Part shown: positions 1 through 8,454 of the stretch, piece by piece
Position numbering within the stretch: position 1 is the first letter of the stretch
Layout: each line of letters begins with the position of its first letter
Source: Dehalococcoidia bacterium
Lineage (GTDB): Bacteria; Chloroflexota; Dehalococcoidia; DSTF01; WHTK01
DNA: 40,106 nt
Direction of reading: 5' to 3'
NCBI GenBank assembly: GCA_035292965.1
Contig: DATDPC010000086.1
Span: 1 to 40,106, forward strand
Made by a program: the position numbers and the translations under genes
Notes under the pieces: model-generated
Databases searched by the model: none
The model's input: the letters and a program-made list of their open reading frames with translations, nothing else
What the model was told of the DNA's origin: nothing

Positions 1-813
1 AGTGCCCGCTCGCGCGTACCGGCGGACGACAACCTGCCGGGGCCGCAGTTCGAGACGCCGTACGGACTAATCGGCGCGCCGATCAACTACGCGATCGCCG
101 CCAGCCGCTACATGCACCAGTACGGCGAGGACCGCACGCGCGAGGCGCTGTCGGAGATCGCCGTCTCGACGCGGAAGTGGGCGCAGCTCAACCCGAAGGC
201 GATGATGCACGACAACCCGATGAGCTTCGACGACTACCACAACTCGCGCTGGATCGCCTGGCCGTTCCACCTCTTCGATTGCTGCCTCGTCACCGACGCC
301 GGCGGCTCGATCGTCCTGACGCGTGGCGATAGGGCGCGCGACCTGCCGAAGAAGCCGGTCTGGGTCCTCGGCGCCGCCGAACACCACGACCACTTCTCGA
401 TGAGCCAGATGCCCGACCTTACGGTGACGCCGGCGCACTCGAGCGGCCCGCGGGCGCTGGCGATGGCCGGGCTCAAGCACGCCGACATGGACCTGACGAT
501 GATCTACGACTCGTTTACCTACACGGTGCTCGCGACGCTGGAGAGCCTCGGCTACTGCGGCCCCGGTGAGGGCGCCGATTTCGTCAAGGGTCAGCGCACG
601 GCGCCCGGCGGCGACTTCCCGTTGAACACCAGTGGCGGCGGCCTCTCCTACACGCACCCCGGCATGTACGGCATGTTCCTGAACATCGAGGCGGTGCGGC
701 AGCTGCGCGGCGAGTGCGGCGAGCGCCAGGTGCCGGACTGCAAGATCGCCCTCGTCAACGGCACCGGCGGCTCGTTGTCATCGACGGGCACGGCGATTCT
801 CGCGGTCGATTAG
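1..813 (+). CDS. thiolase-like (SCP-x / DUF35-partnered type) protein, C-terminal part; the 5' end lies outside the window
   Basis: Frame 1 is open from nt 1 (SARSRVPADDNLPGPQFETPYGLIGAPINYAIAASRYMHQYG...) into the listed ORF 112..813. The C-terminus GGGLSYTHPGMYGMFLNIEAVRQLRGECGERQV...ALVNGTGGSLSS is typical of thiolase-fold proteins. A DUF35 gene follows 9 nt downstream. Confidence 0.85.
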   Translation, partial: SARSRVPADDNLPGPQFETPYGLIGAPINYAIAASRYMHQYGEDRTREALSEIAVSTRKWAQLNPKAMMHDNPMSFDDYHNSRWIAWPFHLFDCCLVTDAGGSIVLTRGDRARDLPKKPVWVLGAAEHHDHFSMSQMPDLTVTPAHSSGPRALAMAGLKHADMDLTMIYDSFTYTVLATLESLGYCGPGEGADFVKGQRTAPGGDFPLNTSGGGLSYTHPGMYGMFLNIEAVRQLRGECGERQVPDCKIALVNGTGGSLSSTGTAILAVD

Positions 814-822
814 GAGACATCG

Positions 823-1242
823 ATGACGAGTACTTACAACCGACCGCTACCGAACCCGCAGCCGGAGTGGGACCACTACTGGGAGAAGGCGAAGGCGCAC
901 GAGCTCTGGATCATGAGCTGCGACGCCTGCAACCAGACTTACTTCTACCCGCGCGCCATCTGCCCCAACTGCTTCTCGCGCGAGACGAAGTGGATCAAGG
1001 CCTCCGGCCGCGGCACGCTGTTCGCCTTTGCGATCGTCCATCGCGCGCCGACGCCGGCGTTCGCCGAGATGGCGCCGTATGTGACCGCGTTCGTGCAGCT
1101 CGAAGAGGGGCCGCGCTTCCCGACCAACCTCGTCGAGGTACACGCCGACCCATCGGCGATCAAGATCGGCATGGCGGTCGAGGTCGTCTTCGATGACGTC
1201 ACGGACGCGATCACGCTGCCGAAGTTCCGGCCCGCCAGCTAG
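823..1242 (+). CDS. DUF35 family Zn-ribbon/OB-fold protein (thiolase partner)
   Basis: Four-Cys ribbon CDACNQTYFYPRAICPNCFS, followed by an OB-like segment GRGTLFAFAIVHRAP...FVQLEEGPRFPTNLV. It sits in the classic position directly after a thiolase-like gene. Confidence 0.85.
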   Translation: MTSTYNRPLPNPQPEWDHYWEKAKAHELWIMSCDACNQTYFYPRAICPNCFSRETKWIKASGRGTLFAFAIVHRAPTPAFAEMAPYVTAFVQLEEGPRFPTNLVEVHADPSAIKIGMAVEVVFDDVTDAITLPKFRPAS

Positions 1243-1245
1243 CGT

Positions 1246-1971
1246 ATGCAGAACAAAGTCATCGCCAGCTTTGCAGAGGCAGTCGCCGACATCGCGGACG
1301 GTTCGAGCATCCTGCTCGGCGGGTTTGGCCCCGGCACGCCGCACAACCTGATCGGCGCCCTTTGTGCGCAGGGCGCGAAGGACCTGCACCTGATTTCGAA
1401 CACAGTGGGCGGCGCGGGGCTGCAGGACATGCCGCAGCTCAAGTCGGGCATGACGCTCGTCGAAGAGGGGCGCGTCCGCAAGGTAACCTGCTGCTTCAGC
1501 GCCCCGGCGAGCCCATCGCGCAGCCACGCCTTGCAGGAGCAGGACGAGGCGGGCGAGATCGAGGTGGAGCTGATCCCCCAGGGCACACTGGCAGAACGCA
1601 TCCGCGCCGGCGGCGCCGGCATCCCGGCGTTCTACACGCCCGCCGCCGTCGGCACCGTGCTCGGCGAGGGGCGCGAGACGCGCTTCTTCGACGGCCGCGA
1701 GTACCTGCTGGAGGAAGCAATCTTCGCCGACTACGCCTTCGTTCGCGCCTGGCGGGCAGACGAGTTCGGCAACCTGGTGTTCAGGCGCGCCCAGCGCAAC
1801 TTCAACCCGCTGATGGCGACAGCGGCGCGCTGCACGATCGTCGAAGCGGAGGAGATCGTCCCGGTCGGCACGATCGATCCGGACCACATCCACACGTCGG
1901 GCATCTTCGTCAGCCGGACGGTGCTGATCGGCCCGGACGACATTCTCCACGTCAGGCGGATCTCACGATGA
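1246..1971 (+). CDS. 3-oxoacid/acyl CoA-transferase subunit A
   Basis: N-terminus KVIASFAEAVADIADGSSILLGGFGPGTPHNLIGAL...LHLISNTVG matches the family I CoA-transferase alpha-subunit pattern. The stop overlaps the start of subunit B. Confidence 0.9.
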   Translation: MQNKVIASFAEAVADIADGSSILLGGFGPGTPHNLIGALCAQGAKDLHLISNTVGGAGLQDMPQLKSGMTLVEEGRVRKVTCCFSAPASPSRSHALQEQDEAGEIEVELIPQGTLAERIRAGGAGIPAFYTPAAVGTVLGEGRETRFFDGREYLLEEAIFADYAFVRAWRADEFGNLVFRRAQRNFNPLMATAARCTIVEAEEIVPVGTIDPDHIHTSGIFVSRTVLIGPDDILHVRRISR

Positions 1972-2636
1972 CGAACGATAAACCGCGTCTGACGCGCGAC
2001 CTCATGGCCGCCCGCCTCGCCGCGGAGTTCAAGCCCGGCTGGCTGGTGAACCTCGGCGTCGGCATGCCGACGATGTGCTCCGACTTCATCCCGGCGGGTC
2101 AGGGCATCGTCCTGCACTCGGAGAACGGGCTGATCGGCTACGGCCGCGGCGCCACCGTTGAAGAGGCGGGGCCGTACGTCGTCAACGCCGGCGTCATGCC
2201 GGTGCTGCTCGAGCCATACGCGGCGGTGCTGCACCACGCCGATGCGTTCGCTGTGATCCGCAGCGGCCGTCTCAGCGTCGGCGTCCTCGGCGCCTACGAG
2301 GTGGCGGTGAACGGCGACTTTGCGAACTGGCGCACGGCCGGCCGCAAGGGCGGCGGCATCGGCGGGGCGATGGACATCGCCGCCTGCGCCCAGCGCATCT
2401 TCCTGCTGATGGAGCACCAGACGCGCGACGGCTCGCCGCGGCTGCTGGAGCGCTGCACCCTGGCGCTAACCGCGCCGGGCGTCGTCAAGCTGGTGATGAC
2501 CGACCTCGGCCTGTTCGAGCCGGCGGGCGATCACTTCATCGTGCGGGAGCTGACGCCGGGCTGGAGCATCGACGAGGTGCAGGCCGTGACGAGTGCGAAG
2601 CTCGTCGCCACGTCCGACATGCACGAAGTCGGCTAG
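1968..2636 (+). CDS. 3-oxoacid/acyl CoA-transferase subunit B
   Basis: In-frame ATG at 1968 forms an ATGA overlap with the subunit A stop. The protein starts MTNDKPRLTRDLMAARLAAEFKPGWLVNLGVGMPT and contains LHSENGLIGYG (SENG catalytic-Glu motif). The longer listed ORF from 1362 is an Arg/Pro-rich out-of-context extension. Confidence 0.9.
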   Translation: MTNDKPRLTRDLMAARLAAEFKPGWLVNLGVGMPTMCSDFIPAGQGIVLHSENGLIGYGRGATVEEAGPYVVNAGVMPVLLEPYAAVLHHADAFAVIRSGRLSVGVLGAYEVAVNGDFANWRTAGRKGGGIGGAMDIAACAQRIFLLMEHQTRDGSPRLLERCTLALTAPGVVKLVMTDLGLFEPAGDHFIVRELTPGWSIDEVQAVTSAKLVATSDMHEVG

Positions 2637-2653
2637 CGATGCGGACCACGCCA

Positions 2654-2673
2654 CTCCAGCCTGAAGGCTGGAG
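2654..2673 (+). terminator. 8-bp GC-rich stem with TGAA tetraloop after the CoA-transferase operon (no U-tract)
   Basis: ctccagcc-tgaa-ggctggag is perfectly paired and lies 18 nt after the stop at 2636. No T-run follows, so an intrinsic-terminator function is uncertain. Confidence 0.3.
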
Positions 2674-2727
2674 CATGTGCGTCCTCATGCCTGCGACTTC
2701 AGGCGCGGGTGATATCCTCCCAGCACG

Positions 2728-3450
2728 ATGACCAGCTTCGAGCCCCACAGCGTCAAAGCGCTCGTCTTCGACACCTTCGGCACCGTTGTCGACTGGCGCG
2801 GCAGCATCATTCGCGAGGGCGAGACGTACTGGCGCGTCCGCGGCGTCGACACGGACTGGGCGAAGCTCGCCGACGCCTGGCGCGGCGGCTACGGCCCGGC
2901 GATGAACCGCGTGCGCAGCGGCGACCTCGGCTGGACGAAGCTGGACACGCTGCACCGGATCATCCTCGACGGCATCGTCGCCGAACACGGCCTCGGCGGC
3001 CTCGACGAGGACGACCGGGAGCATCTGAACAAGGTCTGGCACCGCCTCGACGCCTGGCCGGACGCTGTGCCGGCGCTCGTGAGGCTGCATCAGCGCTTCG
3101 TCCTCGGCCCGCTGTCCAACGGCAACTTCTCGTTGCTGACCAACCTGGGGAAGCACGCCGGTCTGCCGTGGGACTGCATCCTCTCGACCGAGCTTTGCGG
3201 CCACTACAAGCCCGACCCGGAGACGTATCGAATGGCGTACGAGCTGCTGGACCTGGAGCCGGCGCAGGTGATGATGGTCGCGGCGCACACGCAGGACCTT
3301 GAAGCGGCGAAGCGCGAGGGCCTGCGCACCGCCTACGTCCACCGTCCGCTCGAGGGCGGCCCCGGCCGTGAGCGGCCGATGCCGGACGCGGCGTCCTTCG
3401 ACGTCGTAGCAGACGGCTACGACGACCTGGCGCGCGCCCTACTGCCGTAG
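2728..3450 (+). CDS. HAD-superfamily hydrolase, type II haloacid dehalogenase-like
   Basis: KALVFDTFGTVVDW (DxxGT nucleophile motif), LSNGN, YKPDPETY, and VAAHTQDLEAAKREGLRTAYV at the C-terminus. Confidence 0.75.
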   Translation: MTSFEPHSVKALVFDTFGTVVDWRGSIIREGETYWRVRGVDTDWAKLADAWRGGYGPAMNRVRSGDLGWTKLDTLHRIILDGIVAEHGLGGLDEDDREHLNKVWHRLDAWPDAVPALVRLHQRFVLGPLSNGNFSLLTNLGKHAGLPWDCILSTELCGHYKPDPETYRMAYELLDLEPAQVMMVAAHTQDLEAAKREGLRTAYVHRPLEGGPGRERPMPDAASFDVVADGYDDLARALLP

Positions 3451-3461
3451 AATCGTCGCGG

Positions 3462-3479
3462 GCAGGTCTGAAGACCTGC
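3462..3479 (+). terminator. 7-bp stem with TGAA tetraloop after the HAD gene (no U-tract)
   Basis: gcaggtc-tgaa-gacctgc lies 12 nt after the stop at 3450. It has the same architecture as the hairpin at 2654..2673. Confidence 0.3.
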
Positions 3480-3516
3480 AGCTACATACCCTGCCTCAAT
3501 CGCACGGAGGCGACGC

Positions 3517-4656
3517 ATGAACCGCAGCACGAAGCGCATTCTCACGACCCACATCGGCAGCCTGCCGGACCCTGACGACCTGATCGAAGGGGCGCCTGAC
3601 TACGAGGCGACGCTGCGTCGCTGCGTTGCGGACGTCGTGCGGCGGCAGCGCGAGACCGGCATCGACGTGATCAACGAGGGCGAGTACACGAAAGGCGGCG
3701 ACTGGCTGTCGTTCATCGAGTCGCGCTTTGGCGGCTTCGAGGTGCGGGAGCGCCCGGCGAACGAGCTGCCGCTGATCCTGCAGGGCGAGGACCGCCGCGT
3801 CTTCGCCGAGTTCTACGACTACGCGCAGAAGGCCGGCACGCTCTTCTACACGCCGGGCCAGCAGATCAGGACAAACCGCGCCTACTGGGTCTGCACCGGC
3901 CCCGTCACCTACACCGGCGGGGAAGAGCTCGCACGCGAAATCGCCCTCGTCAAGGAGACGGCGGGCACGGAGAACGTCTTCCTCACCTCGACGGCGCCGG
4001 CGAGCCTCGAGGTCTACCGCCGCAACGACTACTACAGAACGAACGAGGAGTACGTCTACGCCATCGCCGACGCGATGCGCGCCGAGTACCGCGCGATCGC
4101 CGATTCGGGCGTCATCCTCCAGGTCGACGACGCGTGGCTGCCGGCGCTGTGGGACCGCATCGGCATGGAGATGGGGCTGGATGCGTTCCGCAAGCGCTGC
4201 ATGCTCCGTGTCGAAGCGCTGAACCACGCCCTCGCCGGCATACCGGAGGAGCGGATCCGCTACCACCTCTGCTGGGGCAGCTGGCACGGCCCGCACGCCT
4301 ACGACATCGGCCTCGAGCACATGATCGAGATCATGCTGGCGGTGAACGCGCAGGCGTACCTGATCGAGGGCGCCAACGCGCGCCACGAGCACGAATGGCA
4401 GCTCTGGCAGACGACGAAGCTGCCGGAGGGCAAGATCCTGATCCCAGGCGTCGTCACCCACTCGACCGACGTTGTCGAGCACCCGGAGCTTGTGTCGCAG
4501 CGGCTGCAGCGCTACGCATCGGTCGTCGGCAAGGAGAACGTCATCGCCGGCGCCGACTGCGGTTTCGGCGGCCGCTCCCACCCGCAGATCGCCTGGGCGA
4601 AGCTCGAAGCCCTCACCGCCGGCGCGAAGCTGGCCAGCCAAGCGCTCTGGGGCTGA
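3517..4656 (+). CDS. single-domain cobalamin-independent methionine synthase (MetE C-terminal / 'core MetE')-like Zn-dependent alkyltransferase, paralog 1
   Basis: RILTTHIGSLPDP (compare MetE LPTTTIGSFP), IDVINEGEY, H-x-C in YHLCWGSWHGPH, EGANARHEHEW, and GADCGFGG (second Zn-Cys). GGAGG lies 6 nt upstream of the ATG. Confidence 0.85.
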   Translation: MNRSTKRILTTHIGSLPDPDDLIEGAPDYEATLRRCVADVVRRQRETGIDVINEGEYTKGGDWLSFIESRFGGFEVRERPANELPLILQGEDRRVFAEFYDYAQKAGTLFYTPGQQIRTNRAYWVCTGPVTYTGGEELAREIALVKETAGTENVFLTSTAPASLEVYRRNDYYRTNEEYVYAIADAMRAEYRAIADSGVILQVDDAWLPALWDRIGMEMGLDAFRKRCMLRVEALNHALAGIPEERIRYHLCWGSWHGPHAYDIGLEHMIEIMLAVNAQAYLIEGANARHEHEWQLWQTTKLPEGKILIPGVVTHSTDVVEHPELVSQRLQRYASVVGKENVIAGADCGFGGRSHPQIAWAKLEALTAGAKLASQALWG

Positions 4657-4740
4657 AAGTCGAATACCGCGTGCCTTCAGGCGAAAACGTCTCTCCAGCC
4701 CCGATCTAAGACCGCCCGGCCCTAACGAAACGCGATTGGC

Positions 4741-4768
4741 TTGCATCAATATCGCTTTGCGATATCAT
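4741..4768 (+). promoter_or_regulatory. candidate sigma70-type promoter with embedded 7-3-7 inverted repeat upstream of the MFS gene
   Basis: TTGCAT (4741-4746), a 16-nt spacer, then TATCAT (4763-4768). The spacer contains the palindrome ATATCGC-TTT-GCGATAT (4749-4765). Confidence 0.3.
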
Positions 4769-4818
4769 GCTGCAAACGAGTAGCAGGAACTAGTCTATCG
4801 GAGAGCGATCTTGTCGCT

Positions 4819-6120
4819 TTGAGGGCGCTACTTAAGCTCCCCTTCTACTACGGTTGGGTCGTCCTGGGGATGATGATGGTTGCCGGGGCGATGGCTGCCG
4901 GCAGCACGCAGCCGTTCATGGCCGTGATGCTCAAGCCAATGACGGACGAACTTGGCTGGAGCCGCACCGAGGCGACGACGGCGATCAGCCTCGGTACGAT
5001 CGGGACCGGTTTCGCAAGTCCCTTCATTGGACGGCTTGCCGATCGGTTCGGTCCTCGCTTGCTAGTGCCGGCCGGGGGCATCTTGCTTGCGCTGGCGTTC
5101 TTCCTGATTGCGGGCGTCAACGCACTCTGGCAGTTCTACGTCGGCTACATCCTCGCTCGCAGTTTCGCCTCCCCCTGCCTCACCGGGGTGGGCGCCCAGA
5201 CAGCGATGATCAACTGGTTTGCCCGCAAGCGCGGGCGCGCCATGGGGCTGATCGTCATGACCTTGCCCTTGGCCAATGCCGTACAGGCGCCATTAGCTCA
5301 GTGGATCACAAACGAAGCCGGCTGGCGTGAAGTCTTCATCCTCCTCGGAGCCTTGTCGGCGATCCTGATCATCGCGCCGGCGTATCTGCTTCTCCGTGCG
5401 CGGCCGGAAGACCTTGGCCTTCACCCGGATGGAGCGTCGAGTCCGCCGGAAGTACGCTCTGAAGGAGGCCGCCGGACCCCGGCAGGCGCGGCTGTGGGTG
5501 ATTATGACTTCACGCTGCAACAAGCGCTGCACACGCGCGTGTTCTGGCTGATCGTAGCAGCCAGCTTCCTCTCGATCCTCGGCGGCGGCGCGGTGTCCTT
5601 TCACCAGGTGGCCTACTTCCAGGACATCGGTCTCTCAGCGACGCTTGCGGCCGCTTCTATCAGCACGTTTACGCTGGCCGGCGCATTCTCGAGCGGCTTG
5701 TGGGGCTTGCTTTCGGAACGCATTTCCGAACGGCTGCTGGCGACGGTACTTACGGTTGGCGGCGCCATTGCCGTCTTGGCAATGCTCGAAGTCCGGACGG
5801 AAGCTATGGCGCTTGGTGTGAGTGCCGTTTATGGGCTCACAACCCGAGGTGGCGGAACGCTGTTCAATCTGCTATTGGCAAACTATTACGGCCGCGGCAA
5901 TTTTGGCTCCATTAGCGGTTTCTTTGCGACGTTCTCAAGCTTCGGCCTTGGCGCTGGACCATTCATCGGAGCGCTCGTGTTCGATATCACGGGCGGCTAC
6001 CGGTTGTTGTTTGCGTCCCTTTCAGTGACCTACCTGTTCACCGCCCTGATCCTCCTTTTGTTCGTGCGCCAACCAGCACCTCCTTACGAGCGGTCGGCTG
6101 GCGTCATCGTGACCCCTTGA
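4819..6120 (+). CDS. MFS transporter (oxalate/formate-antiporter-like subfamily)
   Basis: About 12 predicted hydrophobic segments. Contains GWSRTEATTAISLGTIGTGFASPFIGRLADRFGPR (MFS loop 2-3 motif). The listed ORF starts at a TTG at 4741 that coincides with the putative -35 box. An in-frame TTG at 4819, preceded by GGAGAG (4800-4805), is my preferred start, but this is uncertain. Confidence 0.8.
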   Translation: MRALLKLPFYYGWVVLGMMMVAGAMAAGSTQPFMAVMLKPMTDELGWSRTEATTAISLGTIGTGFASPFIGRLADRFGPRLLVPAGGILLALAFFLIAGVNALWQFYVGYILARSFASPCLTGVGAQTAMINWFARKRGRAMGLIVMTLPLANAVQAPLAQWITNEAGWREVFILLGALSAILIIAPAYLLLRARPEDLGLHPDGASSPPEVRSEGGRRTPAGAAVGDYDFTLQQALHTRVFWLIVAASFLSILGGGAVSFHQVAYFQDIGLSATLAAASISTFTLAGAFSSGLWGLLSERISERLLATVLTVGGAIAVLAMLEVRTEAMALGVSAVYGLTTRGGGTLFNLLLANYYGRGNFGSISGFFATFSSFGLGAGPFIGALVFDITGGYRLLFASLSVTYLFTALILLLFVRQPAPPYERSAGVIVTP

Positions 6121-6184
6121 CGACAAGGGCGTTCTGCCAGCATTATCGGCTAGCGATTACGGTCTACGATTTCGGGGGCATGAG

Positions 6185-6706
6185 ATGACAAACGCGTCGA
6201 GCCACGATCAGGAAGGCGACGAAGCGCGCCGCGCCGCCATGCGGGCTGCGGCGAAGCGTATCGATCGCGTTAACGAATGGCTACACCTCGGTGGTGCGCT
6301 GGCTGCCGACGAGTATCAGCGGTGTCTCGACGCGGGGATCAGTCACGTTATCGATCTCAGGCAGGAGCACGAGTTGGGTGAAGCCAACAGCCCTCCTCCA
6401 GCCGACGAGCTTGAGGAGGCGGGAATCAGCCGCCGGCAGGTGCCCGTACCCAACGGCAGTCCGCCGACCCGTGAGCAGCTAAGCGAGGTCGCCTACTGGT
6501 TCGAGTCGGAGGATGAGAAGGGTGGCCTCTACGTCCACTGCGGCGGCGGCTTCGGCAGGGCGGCGACGATGGCGATCGGGCTCCTGATCCTCAATGGAAC
6601 GGTGTTTGAGGAGGCGCTAGAGCAGGTCCGTGGCGTGCGACCGGAGATAATCCTCAACGATGAGCAGGTCGCCTGGCTGCACTCGCTCATACCGGGCTCC
6701 CGGTAA
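6185..6706 (+). CDS. dual-specificity / protein-tyrosine phosphatase-like protein
   Basis: CX5R active-site loop VHCGGGFGRAATMAIGLL, in a protein of about 170 aa. Confidence 0.8.
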   Translation: MTNASSHDQEGDEARRAAMRAAAKRIDRVNEWLHLGGALAADEYQRCLDAGISHVIDLRQEHELGEANSPPPADELEEAGISRRQVPVPNGSPPTREQLSEVAYWFESEDEKGGLYVHCGGGFGRAATMAIGLLILNGTVFEEALEQVRGVRPEIILNDEQVAWLHSLIPGSR

Positions 6707-6758
6707 CGTCGCGACAGGCCTGCGATCAGGTGCCGAACAAGCCTGGGACGTCTAGGAT

Positions 6759-7088
6759 ATGGCAATGCCTCGCTCAGAAGAGCTCACACGCGACTTCTTT
6801 CTGGGCTTTATCAAGGTCCACATCCTTCACCACGCTGGAGAGGAGCCCGTTTATGGGCTGGCGATGATGGAGGAACTCCGCCAGCATGGATACGTACTGA
6901 GTCCCGGCACCCTCTATCCGATCCTTCACAGCCTCGAGGCTTCTGGCTACCTCACAAAAGAGGAACGAAACGTCGAGGGTAAGGTGCGCAAGTACTACAC
7001 GATCACGGACACCGGCAGGGCTGCATTAGCGGAAGCTCGCGCCCGCATCCGCGAGCTGGTGGGGGAGGTCCTCGAAAGCGAGTCCTAA
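6759..7088 (+). CDS. padR: PadR family transcriptional regulator
   Basis: ILHHAGEEPVYGLAMMEELRQHGYVLSPGTLYPILHSLEASGYLTKEERNVEGKVRKYYTITDTGRAAL is a canonical PadR winged-helix sequence. Confidence 0.9.
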   Translation: MAMPRSEELTRDFFLGFIKVHILHHAGEEPVYGLAMMEELRQHGYVLSPGTLYPILHSLEASGYLTKEERNVEGKVRKYYTITDTGRAALAEARARIRELVGEVLESES

Positions 7089-7212
7089 GCCCTGGCGGAC
7101 TCGCGAGCGAGGCCTTGGACGAAGTGATGCCCACACGAAGCTGTCGATACCGCCCTGAAGGCACTCACGGCTGTCGACGGCTCATTCGGTAGAAATTGAG
7201 GACGCCCTTCAA

Positions 7213-8394
7213 GTGAGCGACGTTACGGACGCTCCGAATTTCTCCAGCTCAAGCTCTGGAGCGCTCAGAGAGCTGGCCGGGCTATTCCTCAAGCTTGGGG
7301 CCGTGGCGTTCGGCGGGCCGGCGGCGCACATCGCGATGATGCGACAGGAGTTCGTCGCGCGTCGGGCGTGGCTGAGCGACCAGGAGTTCCTCGACCTGCT
7401 GGGCGCGACGAACCTGATCCCCGGCCCCAACTCGACGGAGATGGCGATCCACATCGGCCGGCTGCGCGGCGGCTGGCGCGGCCTCGTCGTCGCCGGCGTC
7501 TGCTTCATCCTGCCGGCGATGGTCATCGTCCTCGCGCTCGCCTGGGCGTACGTCGAGTACGGCACGAAGCCCGAGGCGACGTGGCTGCTGTACGGCGTCA
7601 AGCCCGTGATCATCGCCGTCGTGCTTCAGGCGCTCTACAGTCTGTTGCGGCCGGCGGTGAAGAGCTGGTTCCTCGGCGTCGCCGGCCTGGCCGTGTTTGC
7701 GCTCTACCTGCTCGGCGTCAACGAGATTGCCTTGCTCTTCGGCGCCGGCGCGATCGTCGTCGCCGTCGAAAACGGACGGCGCTTGCTCGACGCGGCGAAA
7801 TCGCAAATCCTCATCGCGCCGTTCGCGCTGGGTGGCCTGCCGCTCGCGGCCGCGGCGGCGCCGGCGTCTTTCAGCCAGCTGACGCTGTTCCTGACGTTCC
7901 TCAAAATCGGCGCGGTGCTGTACGGCTCCGGCTATGTGCTGCTCGCGTTCCTGCACAACGACTTCGTCGTCCGCCTCGGCTGGCTGACCGACCAGCAGCT
8001 GCTGGACGCCGTCGCGGTCGGCCAGCTAACGCCAGGCCCGGTGTTCACGACGGCGACGTTCGTCGGCTACGTGCTCGGCGGCGTCGAAGGCGCGTTGCTC
8101 GCGACGCTGGCGATCTTCCTGCCGTCGTTCATCTTCGTGGCGGCGACACACTCGCTGATACCGAAGCTGCGCGGCTCGCCCCTGGCAGCGAGCCTGCTCG
8201 ACGGCGTCAACGTCGCGGCGCTCGGGCTGATGGCGGCGGTGACGTGGCGGCTGGCGCAGGACGCCGTCGTCGACGGACTGACGGCAGCGCTTGCGGTAAT
8301 CGCCGCCGTGCTGTTGATCCGTTTCCGTCTGAACTCGGCGTCTCTGGTCGTGCTCGGCGGGGCGGTTGGCATTGCCTATCACTACATCCGTTAG
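7213..8394 (+). CDS. chrA: chromate ion transporter (CHR family)
   Basis: FGGPAAHIAMMRQEFVARRAWLSDQEFLDLLGATNLIPGPNSTEMAIHIG, with a second internal repeat QLTPGPVFTTATFVGY. GTG start. Confidence 0.9.
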   Translation: MSDVTDAPNFSSSSSGALRELAGLFLKLGAVAFGGPAAHIAMMRQEFVARRAWLSDQEFLDLLGATNLIPGPNSTEMAIHIGRLRGGWRGLVVAGVCFILPAMVIVLALAWAYVEYGTKPEATWLLYGVKPVIIAVVLQALYSLLRPAVKSWFLGVAGLAVFALYLLGVNEIALLFGAGAIVVAVENGRRLLDAAKSQILIAPFALGGLPLAAAAAPASFSQLTLFLTFLKIGAVLYGSGYVLLAFLHNDFVVRLGWLTDQQLLDAVAVGQLTPGPVFTTATFVGYVLGGVEGALLATLAIFLPSFIFVAATHSLIPKLRGSPLAASLLDGVNVAALGLMAAVTWRLAQDAVVDGLTAALAVIAAVLLIRFRLNSASLVVLGGAVGIAYHYIR

Positions 8395-8454
8395 ACCGGA
8401 GGCGACGAGGGTCTAGACAGCGGGTCTAAGATCGTCCCAGAAAGGGAACTTACG

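Noticed and set aside
847-1950. Long antisense or alternative-frame ORFs. Examples are 847..1950 (-), 3496..4749 (-), 9486..10349 (+), 23674..25044 (-), 30197..32446 (+, 749 aa), 33661..35616 (+, 651 aa), 7368..8429 (+) and 15907..16704 (-).
   Set aside because: Their translations are Arg/Ala/Gly/Pro/Asp-rich with no recognisable motifs. Each lies opposite or out of frame to an ORF with clear family signatures. This is the expected shadow-ORF behaviour of GC-rich DNA.
1362-2636. Long N-terminal extensions in the ORF track: 1362..2636, 26485..27936, 15513..16667, 13199..13834 and 28013..29572.
   Set aside because: The extensions overlap upstream genes and are low-complexity or Arg/Pro-rich. 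Internal starts with overlaps (ATGA, GTGA) or Shine-Dalgarno sequences give N-termini typical of the families.
2660-7166. Recurrence of CTGAAG/CTTCAG in several intergenic regions (about 2661, 2696, 3468, 4677 and 7157) as a possible shared motif.
   Set aside because: The hexamer also occurs many times inside coding sequence. Only two of the intergenic cases sit in convincing hairpins. I cannot show enrichment without counting.
6759-8394. PadR regulator next to the ChrA chromate transporter as a possible novel regulatory pair.
   Set aside because: These are ordinary accessory genes separated by 124 nt. I saw no PadR-type palindrome in the gap, only a GCTGTCGA direct repeat of uncertain meaning. 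There is not enough evidence to claim a link.
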